DNA of 64,000 bases. Source: Macrostomum lignano (lineage: Eukaryota). The notes under the pieces are model-generated. The model searched no databases. It was not told the DNA's origin and saw only the letters and a program-made list of their open reading frames with translations. A program made the position numbers and the translations under genes. Numbering within the stretch: the stretch's first letter is position 1; every line of letters starts with the position of its first letter. Below, piece after piece: positions 46,201 through 58,200 of the stretch. The stretch spans positions 73,829-137,828 of the forward strand of contig NIVC01000648.1 of the NCBI GenBank assembly GCA_002269645.1. Reading direction: 5' to 3'.

Positions 46201-49200
46201 TTAGCAAATGCGTCAAGGATAACTTTTGTAAGTTTATGCACTTTTGGTCTCTGTTTGGTTTCTTCTGCAAGTTTCTTCGGCAAGTTTCTTCGGCTTTCTC
46301 TTTCCAACTTTCAAATCCAATGTGAGATCGCGTCTTATCTTTGGTCTCTCATCTCTACTCTCTTATCTCTGGTCTCTCGTCTCTACTCTCTTATCTCTGG
46401 TCTCTCATCTCTACTCTCTTCTCTCTGGTCTCTCATCTCTACTCTCTTATCTCTGGTCTCTCATCTCTACTTTCTTATCTCTGGTCTCTCATCTCTACTC
46501 TTTTATCTCTGGTCTCTCATCTTTACTTTCTTATCTCTGGTCTCTCATCTCTACTCTCTTATCTCTGGTCTCTCATCTCTACTTTCTTATCTCTGGTCTC
46601 TCATCTCTACTCTTTTATCTCTGGTCTCTCATCTTTACTTTCTTATCTCTGGTCTCTCATCTCTACTCTCTTATCTCTGGTCTCTCATCTCTACTTTCTT
46701 ATTTCTGGTCTCTCATCTCTACTTTCTTATTTCTAATCTCTAATCTCTATTCTCTTATTTCTTTCTGGTCTGTCATCTCTACTGTCTTATCTCTGGTCTC
46801 TCATCTCTACTCTCTTATCTCTGGTCTCTCATCTCTACTTTCTTATTTCTGGTCTCTCATCTCTACTTTCTTATTTCTAATCTCTAATCTCTATTCTCTT
46901 ATTTCTTTCTGGTCTGTCATCTCTACTGTCTTATCTCTGGTCTCTCATCTCTACTCTCTTATCTCTGGTCTCTCATCTCTACATGTACTCTCTTATCTCT
47001 GGTCTCTCATCTCTACTTTCTTATTTCTGGTCTCTCATCTCTACTTTCTTATTTCTAATCTCTCATCTCTACTTTCTTATTTCTTTCTGGTCTGTCATCT
47101 CTACTGTCTTATCTCTGGTCTCTCATCTCTACTCTCTTATCTCTGGTCTCTCATCTCTACTCTCTTATCTCTGGTATCTCATCTCTACTTTCTTATTTCT
47201 AATCTCTCATCTCTACTCTCTTATTTCTTTCTGGTCTGTCATCTCTACTCTCTCATCTCTACTGTCTCGTCTCTACTCACATCTCCGCTCCCATCTCTAA
47301 TCTCGAATCTATTTAGCCAGTAGCTCTATTCTAGCTCGTACTTAGCGCCACATCTGCAAGCAATACGAACTTTCAACTTCCCATCCGATGCCAGACTCCG
47401 AGTGGAGTATTTCGGCGATCCGAGTCCCCAGGTGGCTTGGCTAAAAGAAGGCGCACCAATCGAATCCTCACCGGATGTGAGCATCACGTCGGCGCCGGCC
47501 TGGTCCGAGCTGTTCATCCCGTCGGTGGCTCAGTCAGACGCTGGCATGTACACCGCCACGGCGCAGAATCCGCTGGGCGTTGCCAACACAAAGGCTCGGC
47601 TGACTGTGCTGTCTCCCGAGTCTGGCGGCCCCACCCCGGTCAGGGAGGAGGCGCCGGAGTTCGCCACTTTGATCCGGGATTTGGCTGTAAGTGGCCTACT
47701 TTACTCGTCTTTCGATACATATCGGTAATGTTGGATTCGAGATTTCTAGAGTTCGTGAACTTTATTGTCTCAGAGGAGCTTTTGCTGTTGAATACATTGG
47801 CTTTGACGTCTAATAAGGTGACATTCAGTGTCTAATAGGGTGACAAACAGTGTCTAATATGGTGACATATGGTGTCTAATAGGGTGACATACAGTGTTTA
47901 ATAGGGTGACATAATGGTGTTTAATAGGGTGACATAATGGTGTCTAATAGGGTGACATACAGTGTTTAATAGGGTGACATAATGGTGTTTAATAGGGTGA
48001 CATAATGGTGTCTAATAGGGTGACATACAGTGTTTAATAGGGTGACATAATGGTGTTTAATAGGGTGACATAATGGTGTCTAATAGGGTGACATAATGTC
48101 TAATAGGCTGATATATAATGTGTAATAGGGTGACTTTAGTGTTTAAGAATGTGACCAAGTGCCAATCAATGCCTATGAATTCACGAACAGAAAAATTGCA
48201 TTTGCATTTGTTTATCAGGTCATAAATCTGTTTTCAGTTTTTTTTTCTGAAAAGCTGCTTTTGCTCCAATCTTTTTCATTCGATAGTGTTCGCCAGTCTA
48301 CAATTGTCTAATTGGTATTGAAATATCCTACACAGGGCTACCGAGTATCCATAATCTGATGCGCATAATTAATCCTCCCCCGTAGGCAATCAGGTGAAAT
48401 CAGGTCAGTCATTCTCCCAAATCAAAGAGAACCAAAAGTATTTCAGTATAACTGGGACAGCTGGGACAGGGAGAGAGAATTCCTAATTTTATTACAGCAT
48501 TTCCCCAGGCTACTTCGCTATTATTAGCCGAATTAGCGAATTAGCGAATTAGCCGAATTAGCCTTTTGTTCCTTTTTTGTGCTTGCTATGAAAAAAGTTA
48601 ATGGAGCTAATTCTCCTCGCAACCAAGTGTCTACTCAATACAAGCGAAATACGCTATATACGCAAAATCTTTCATGAGCCATTTTTACTTATTTTGAGCA
48701 GTTCATAATGACTCTACTGGCAGTAGTGCGCATCGATCTTTCTCAAGATTCCGCGAAGCTGTTCACCTAACTTTTAAGTGCTCGCACAGTTTTACATGTC
48801 TTTAGATTCACGAGATCAATAATATTTGCATGTCACTCTCAGCTCACTCTGCATCTCATGTCACTCTCAGCTCACTCTGCATCTCATGTCACTCTCAGCT
48901 CACTCTGCATCTCATGTCACTCTCAGCTCACTCAGCATCTCATGTCACTCTCAGCTCACTCAGATCACTCGGCGTCACTCTCAGGAAGTAGAAAAAATTT
49001 CAAATCACTCACAGTTGTCACTCAGTTTTTTCGTGTCACTAAACTCTCGGGTCTCATGTCTGTCACTAAAGCCGTTGGCCCCTTGCCCTCCCAGGTGTCC
49101 GCAGGCGAACCGGTGACCCTGTCATGCACCGTGACCGGCCAGCCAAGGCCCAGCATTCACTGGCGTCACGAGGGCCGCCCGGTGCCCGAGAACTCGCCCA

Positions 49201-52200
49201 CCTGCCGCACCCTTGTGGAGGAGAGCCAAGCCATGCTCATCATTTTCGAGGCCCAACCGTCGGACGCCGGACGCTACGAGTGCGTGGCCGCCAACCCGTC
49301 CGGCCAGGCCGCCTGCTCTGCGCAGCTGACTGTGCACCCGGCCCTCACGGAGTCGGCCACCGCGCCAGTGTTCGCCAGGCCGCTGCAGAGCCAGACGGCA
49401 ACAGAGAACCAACGAGTAGTGCTCACCTGCCAGGTTGAATCGCAGCCGCCGCCTGAGGTGTCCTGGTACTTCCAGACCAATCAGATTCGACCTTCGAAGT
49501 ATTTCGAGATTCTTGAACAGCCAGAGGTCGGGGCTTACAGCCTGGTGGTGACTCGGGCGCACCCCGACGACTCCGGGACCTACACAGCAGTAGCCCGCAC
49601 CGAGCTGGGAGAGTCGCGCTCCTCAGCTGTACTGCAGGTGCAGCCGCAGCAGCAACAGCAACAACCAGCCAGAATTGTCAGGCCAATGTCAGCGGAGGTC
49701 ACCGTCCGCGAAGGCGACCGCGTCAGCCTGGAGGTTGAAGCGGTTGGCGAGCCCGAGCCGACAGCCGCCTGGTTTCGTGAGGGCACCGAATTGGACAGTT
49801 CGCCCGATTTTCAAGTGAGTCTGGCGACCATTTCTTTACTACTAATAGTAATATAGCTTTTTGCAGCCCATTTGGGCTTACGCGCATTGAATTTAATAAA
49901 AAATGCGTTTGCCAATGTAACGAAGCTTTTGTCTATGGTAGCAAGGCTGGCACAGCGGAATTTCATTTGGTCCAACAAGCATCAATTTGGTCCTTTTTTA
50001 TTAGAGGCAGGGGGGTTGTGTGGACCCTGGCGCACTTTAAGCGACATGGGCACACAACCGGCGATGCCTTACTGCCCATTCCGCCGACTCCCCTGAGCAG
50101 GCATACAAGCGCGCGGATACTTACGCAGGCACACACTCACACAGGAGTGTACAGCGGCCCTAACTTTATTTTATCGTTAGGCATGTACACTTCACTGCGC
50201 CTTGGGGGGTTGGCTCTCAAGGCCGTTAATTGCACGAGCAGAGCCAAGCCGAGATTCCAATTCAGCCCCAAATTAATGTGACTGCACTTGGAATCGAGCC
50301 TGGGCCGCTGGCAACACCAGAGCAGCTGCGCTACCGCTGGGCTACGGCCTCCTTCAATTTGGTCCATAGCTGAGTTTGCTCCTTCATTTGCAACTGCTGC
50401 GGAGGAGCAAGCTCAGCCCCAGAATTGTAGACCATATGCTAGGCTGTCGAACGAATGCCATTGGCTTGTGATCGAAGCGCTCGACAGAGGTGAACAACCA
50501 AAGGACATTGCAGATGGTTGCGAGAAGGCAAGAGTTTGTCGAATGGCTCACGAGCATTTGGACCAAAGCGATGCTTGTTGGACCAAATTTAATGCGGCTG
50601 TGCCAGCCTTGCTACCATAGACAAAAGCTCCGTTACATTGGCAAACGTATAAAAAAGCAGATTTTGGTATTTTGGTTGCTAAATAGACTGTCCTCGAAGC
50701 ATACGCGAGTTGTGATAAAATACACAGGGTAGGACTTGAAACCCAAGAAACCGTTTCAGCATTGTAAAAGCTGGAATAGATGGCCTATACAGTATGCCGG
50801 GGTTGTTTCTACTTCGTATTTCATCCTGTCAGTCACGTATCGCCATAATCTTTCGCAGATTTCAAAGTCTGGCCGGCTGTACGCTCTGATCATTCCGGAG
50901 GCGTTTCCTGAGGACAGCGGCAAATTTCTAGTGCGAGTTGTTAATCCGTTCGGCAAGGACGAGAGCCAGTGCCAGCTAAGGGTGCTCGGTGAGTTTAAAT
51001 AGCATGCCGGACATGAGCTGATGCTAGAGCAATAGAGCATGATTGCCGTGCCGTTTGCAAAGCACAGAGATAATTTAGCGTCATTTTTTAATCCAAGCTG
51101 GCTCCTGTACGAGTGTAATGTGATTTGCGATCAGACTAGACAAATAGGGGTTGCATTGTCCCACGCATTCAAGGCTGCTAAAAATACATTCGTGAGACAA
51201 TGTGCTTGTACAGATGGTTCTGTCATGAACAATCAATAAATAATCAGCGGTCCAAGTGCGTGAGTGTTGTCAAGTACTGCGACCGCTGATTCTTTGCATT
51301 GTTATGCTGCTTGACGATCATTGTTTGTAGTAATGGATTGTTCTGCATAAAAAATGTGAATAATTATCGTCAAATTACTAGAAATTGCTAGTCACTTGTT
51401 AAAAATTCAATCATTGTCTGCCTCTAAAACCACAGACACAATCTACCATTGTCTGCCTCTAAAACCACAGACACAATCTACCATTGTCTGCCTCTAAAAC
51501 CATGGGCACAATCTACCATTGTCTGCCTCTAAAACCACAGACACAATCTACCATTGTCTGCCTCTAAAACCATGGGCACAATCTACCATTGTCTGCCTCT
51601 AAAACCATGGGCACAATCTACCATTGTCTGCCTCTAAAACCATAGACACAATCTACCATTGTCTGCCTCTAAAACCATAGACACAATCTACCATTGTCTG
51701 CCTCTAAAACCACAGACACAATCTACCATTGTCTGCCTCTAAAACCATGGGCACAATCTACCATTGTCTGCCTCTAAAACCATGGGCACAATCTACCATT
51801 GTCTGCCTCTAAAACCATAGACACAACCGACCATTGTCTGCCTCTAAAACCACAGACACAATCTACCATTGTCTGCCTCTAAAACCACAGACACAATCTA
51901 CCATTGTCTGCCTCTAAAACCATGGGCACAATCTACCATTGTCTGCCTCTAAAACCATAGACACAACCGACCATTGTCTGCCTCTAAAACCACAGACACA
52001 ATCTACCATTGTCTGCCTCTAAAACCATAGACACAACCGACCATTGTCTGCCTCTAAAACCACAGACACAATCTACCATTGTCTGCCTCTAAAACCATAG
52101 ACACAACCGACCATTGTCTGCCTCTAAAACCACAGACACAATCTACCATTGTCTGCCTCTAAAACCACAGACACAATCTACCATTGTCTGCCTCTAAAAC

Positions 52201-55200
52201 CATAGACACAACCGACCATTGTCTGCCTCTAAAACCACAGACACAATCTACCATTGTCTGCCTCTAAAACCACAGACACGATCTACCATTGTCTGCCTCT
52301 AAAACCATAGAAACAACCGACCATTGTCTGCCTCTAAAACCATAGAAACAACCGACCATTGTCTGCCTCTAAAACCATAGGCACAATCTACCAGATCACA
52401 TCGCTAATATCAGTGACATGATTTGGTTCAAACGATTTAAACGAATCTTTGTTATCGAAAAACAAGTTAGCGAGCTTTTCGCCCAGGATTGCCACTCGAA
52501 CGAACGTGAGCTTAAGTGATACTATAGTAGTCCGTGAGTTTTGTATGTTCCAAAGATTATTTTCAGTAAACTTGCATGTAGATGGCATGCTTTTTTAAAG
52601 TATGAGTGACTGGCTCCAATCTAGTAGGCAGTTTCTAGTAGAGGCATACCTGCTAGGTAAAGCAGGTAAAGCACGAACTTGTATTTAAATTTATCACTCG
52701 TTGACTTTTTCATCATGCAATCCACATCTACTATATATGTGCAACACGTACGGTACTAGCCAGGTTCAGCATGCCCCATTGCATGATTAGCTGTTTGATT
52801 CAGCAAGTTCATCTACTGTCTGTCTAAAGACGCTTTATTGCTGTGCCATCTTCAATTCTGCATGGACTTCTAAATAACATTGGTGAGTTTTTGCACGCTG
52901 TTTTATATCCCTTAAATTTTAATGCAATGCTCATAGCGTTCTATAACACTTCGGAGCATCTGGAGGAAAGGGTCGATCACCGAAATTACAGTTCCAACCT
53001 TGCTAAGATTCTAATAAAAACTTTATCATTAGCAAGACCACTAGTAGAGTCATTAGCAATATCGTTAGTAGGATCATTAGCAAAACCATTAGCAGGATCA
53101 TTAGCAAGACCATTAGTAGGATCACTAGCAAGATCATTAGTAGGATCATTAGCAAGACCATTAGTAGGATCATTAGCAAGACCATTAGTAGGATCATTAG
53201 CAAGACTATTTGTAGAATCATTAGCAAGACCACTAGTAGGGCAATCGGCCATTGAATAGTGAATAGTATTCAATTCTCGCTTACAGTCGTGAAGCTCAAA
53301 CGTAAACTAACGCAAAAACATTTCAGAGGTCATCGCCGAGCCGGTGATCCCCGAGTCGCCGCCGCAGCTGGTGCAGAAGTTTCCGTCTCAGATCAAGTGC
53401 CCGCCAGGCGCCACAGCCAAGCTGGAGGTGCAAATTGGCGGCCACCCGAAGCCGACTTTCGAATGGTACCTGAACGGCAGGGCCATTAAGACGTCGAAGA
53501 AGCACGAGATTGTTGAGAACCAGGGCAGCGTCACGCTGCTCATTTACAATGTACAAGCCAACGATGCCGGGGCCTACATCCTGAAGGTGCAAAACGACCT
53601 GGGCGTGACCACCTGCAAGACTCACCTCACTGTCGATATGCACCAGGCGCATATTAACATTCCGTTCAGCGAACTCAAACAAAAACAGCAGTCAAAGATG
53701 ACTTTTCACATCGATAAGGTGCCTCTGCAACAGCTTGTAAACCTAATGTCGTCCGTTGAGTTCTCGCTGAAGTTCCTGCAACCGCTTGCTGAACAGTATC
53801 GCGTACCTGAGAACAAGACCACTTCCCTCTACTGTGAAGTGCAATCCGAGCCCCCGGCTCAGTTCAAATGGTTCGTCAACGGCATCGAAATTATGCCGTC
53901 CAATCACGACTTCAAGGTGCACACGGAGCGCAACGTGTCGGAGCTGAAGATGCTCCAGCTGCGACAGCAGCCGCACGAAAAGACAGAGCTGGTGGTCGAG
54001 GCGGCCACACCCCGCGGAAAAATCACCAGCGTCGCTCAGGTAATCGTATCGAAGGAGGCCAGCGATCTTGAGACATTCACGTCGTCGGCGACAATCACGC
54101 CCACTTTCAAGATGCCGCTAGAGCCTGTGGTGGTGACGCAGCCCAAGAAGGCTACAGTGCTCGAAGTTGAGGTTGAGGCGCACCCGCCAGCGGACTTTCG
54201 TTGGTTTAAGAACGGCATCGAAATTACGCCGTCGCAGAAGTTCGAGATTCGCCGGCCATCGCAGCACCGGTCAGAACTGCACATCCGGTCGGCTGACCTG
54301 TCGGACATGGGCCAGTACACGGTCGAGGCTACGTCGGCCATCGGCCGGGCCACCTGCAACACCGTGCTGCAGGTTGGCGATGAGCTGGCCGAGCCGGCGC
54401 TGGTTACGGAAGAGGTCCGCCTACAGCAGGTGTCAGCCCTGCACAATGTAATCCGCGCTCTGAAGCGATCCACCGCGTTGCTGTTCTGCAGCGTCACCGG
54501 TACCCAAGAGCCGGTCAGCTTCCGCTGGTTAGTGCAAGGCGAAGAGGTACAGCAATCCGACAAGTTCGCCATCAAATCGGATGGCCATCGATCCGAACTA
54601 GCAATAAGAAAGGTTGACGAATCAGATGTTGGTGATTATATATGCGAGGTGACCTCGTCGATCGGCCAGGTGCAAGCTGTTTCCAAGCTCGAGGTAATTG
54701 AAGAGGAGACCACTGGAGAAACCGCATCCGTAGAGCCACAAACGGTTGTTGCTTCGCAAGAGTCGCCAGCCTTCGTGCAACCTCTGACAGATATGCAAGT
54801 GTACGACGGCGATGAAGTTGTACTGAAGTGCTCCGTCAGTGGGTCTAAACCCATCAAGGTTGCATGGTACCACGACGACAAAGACATCACCAACGCCGAG
54901 GACTTTGTCATCAGCTTTGACGAGGAGTCTGGAGTCGCGTCGCTGGTTATTGTCGAAGTGTTCCCAGAGGATCGTGGCGTGTACAAATGCGTGGTTGAAA
55001 ACGTACACGGAAAGTCAGAGACTCAAGCTTTATTGCAAGTAGTAGCCCAAGAGCCCGCAGCTGAGGAATCAGCAGCGCCGATGGAGACAGCAGCTACGGA
55101 GGTTGAGGCAGCGATTGATCAGGTGGATTCAGCTCAGATGGAGACTGCCGCCACTGAGGAAGCTGTGCAGGTGCATGAGGCGCCTGCAGAAGAAAAGCCA

Positions 55201-58200
55201 ACTGTCCTGGCCGAATGGGAGACTTGGGAGAAGATTGAAGACAGCGCAGAGGCAACACTGGCGCCGAAAGAAAAGCGATTAGACCAGGCGGAGCTGCTGG
55301 CAGCATTCGACACTCCCTTTGAATTGCCAACTGAGACCGAGACTGAGACCGAGCCAGTTGAAGAGGATCAACTCGTGTCGGTCCAGGTGCCCCTCAAAGA
55401 AGCGGCTATTGACTTCGATCGCATTTTCGGTGCTCCAAAGGAGGATGAAGAAGCGGCTCCCATGGAAACGGCGCCTGTGGTTGAAGAAGCGCCAAAGACA
55501 ATGGAAGCCACGGTTGAAGCTGAAGCCGATGTCACAGCTGTGGCGCAAGAGGAGGCGCCCGTTCACATTGACACATCAGACGACATCAAGGAGGGAAAAC
55601 TAGAAGAGGTGATCCCAATGGACACTCAAAGTGTAGATCTGTTCTTTGAAGAGCCACTGCCGAAAGAGATGCTTGCCGTCATTGGCGAGGATGTAACGTA
55701 AGTTTTATGTTGGATGAACGTACTCGTAGCTCGTATTTAGTGTAAAAGAAAGAATTCTAAAGTTCTTGACTGTACTCAAAAATAAACATTTTCTAGGTGC
55801 TGAATTTACGACTTTCACAATACCCACATCAATTTAAATATGCTTTGTTAATTCTTTTCAGTCTCCAGTGCCTTGTTCTTGGCACCCAGCCAATCGAGGT
55901 GTGCTGGCTATTCGAGAATCAGGTTGTTGCCCCAGCAACAGGGTTCAAATTGAATACTCAGCCGACAGTGGCGTGTGCCTCTTGAAGATTCACCGAGTAA
56001 CGCTGCAGGATAGCGGAGAGTACGTATGCGAAGCCACTAATATTGCCGGCACCGATGAAACGTTCTGCGTTCTTACTGTCACAAGTAATTCTATTTCATA
56101 TTGTTTGCATTAAACGTATTCGCAAGTCCAGGTTTTAGGGGAGCTTGGGAGTTGGGTTACTCTACTAGTTGAATAGAAAATATGCTAAAACTAATTGCTA
56201 AACCCTAAAACTACGCAACCCTTTATTAGATACCGAAACCGGCCAGACTGAAGTTGTCGACTTCGAAGTATCCGAGGACGTTGCTGACGCAGAGCTGAAG
56301 GCGGCCAGCGTCGGTCAGGAGCAGCAGTCGGAAGCCCTAGCCAGCAGCGAGCAACCCGAGTCGCAAGCAGCTCCGCAACAGGCAACCTTGGCCGAAGAGA
56401 AGGCAGAAGACGTTCTGGAGGCCACCCAGGAGATGACCGAGTCGGAACTGGTGCCTCCCGTGTTTGAATGGGCTCTGCAGCCGCTGAAAGTGATGGATGG
56501 CGAGGAAGTGAAGTTGACATGCATTCTGCGCGCTAATCCGATGCCGCTAATGGTCATCTGGTACAAAGACGATGAAATCATTGAAGAAAGTAACGATATT
56601 GAAGTGTTTTATAGTCCAGAGACGGGTGAGTGCGAGCTATGGATTAGCGAAGCATTTCCAGAGGATACCGGTACATACAAAGTGGTTGCCACAACACCGT
56701 ACGGTAAGGCGATCACAGAAGCAAACCTCACAGTCGAGCAGTACGAGTACGTCTCTTCTGCAGCACCTTCGTCGCATGGATCGCTAGGTGAGGAGCTTCA
56801 AGAAGGCCCCGTGCCGCTGCAAGAGGCCGTTGTGGAAGAGGCGCCAATGCAGGAGATTTCTCGAGTCGAAGAAGTCCGAATCGAGAGCTCGCCCGAAGCG
56901 GCTACCGCAGCTACCGCAGTTTCAGACACAGTCGAAGTGCTCGCTAGCTCCGCTGTGTCTGCAGCAGCGGAGGCAACCGAGGACGCGAGTGTCTTTGAAG
57001 CCGAAGTGACTGAATCGGCTACTCAGCAAGAAGAAGAGTTTACACTCGACGCGACAGCTGAAACCACTGAAAAAGCAACTATGAAGGCTTCGGCGACCCT
57101 CAAAGAAGAAACCCAGCCTGAGGAGACAACATTCGAAGCCGATGCAGGTGTGGAAGAGTTTAGTGCAACTTCTACGGCAGAAGTGGAAGCTCCAAAAGCT
57201 GAACAGGAAGCACAGGCTTTTGTGACTCAGGAGTTAGAGGAGCAACAACCACTGGATTCAACAGAAGCCGACATGGCACCAGTAGAGGAGATACAAGCAG
57301 AAGCCGAAGAAACCATGGATAGCAAAGCTACCCCAGTTGTTCAGGAGCCTCAACAGTATGTCAGCCACGAAGTTGTTGAGGAGCAATCGGTTGATGCAAC
57401 TGCTGCTGATGTTGCACCTGTCGAGGAGCTACAAGCAGAGGCCGAAGAAACCATGGATAGCAAGGCTACCCCAGTTGTTCAGGAGCCGCAGCAGTACGTC
57501 AGCCACGAAGTTGTTGAGGAGCAACCGGTTGATGCAACTGCTGATGAAGTTGCACCTGTCGAAGAACTTCAAGCGGAACCTGAAGAGACCCTTGACAGCA
57601 AAGCCGCACCAGCTGTTCAGGAGCCGCAGCAGTACGTCAGTCATGAAATTGTTGAGGAGCAACCGGTTGATGCAACTGCTGCTGAAGTTGCACCTATCGA
57701 GGAGCTACAAGCAGAGGCCGAAGAAACCATGGACAGCAAGGCTACCCCCGTTGTTCAGGAGCCGCAGCAGTATTTCAGTCATGAAATTGTTGAGGAGCAA
57801 CCGGTTGATGCAACTGCTGCTGAAGTTGCATCTGTCGAAGAACTTCAAGCGGAACCTGAAGAGACCCTTGACAGCAAAGCCGCACCAGCTGTTCAGGAGC
57901 CGCAGCAGTACGTCAGTCATGAAATTGTTGAGGAGCAACCGGTTGATGCAACTGCTGCTGAAGTTGCACCTGTCGAAGAACTTCAAGCGGAACCTGAAGA
58001 GACCCTTGACAGCAAAGCCGCACCAGCTGTTCAGGAGCCGCAGCAGTACGTCAGTCATGAAATTGTTGAGGAGCAACCGGTTGATGCAACTGCTGCTGAA
58101 GTTGCACCTATCGAGGAGCTACAAGCAGAGGCCGAAGAAACCATGGACAGCAAGGCTACCCCAGTTGTTCAGGAGCCGCAGCAGTACGTCAGTCATGAAA

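Noticed and set aside
41263-47323. L/S-rich and E/R-rich ORFs at 41263-41946, 45190-45720 and 46144-47323
   Set aside because: Translations of intronic minisatellites and microsatellites.
52843-53273. ORFs with LARPLVGS / LANDPTNG repeats
   Set aside because: Translation of the 12/24-bp intronic minisatellite.
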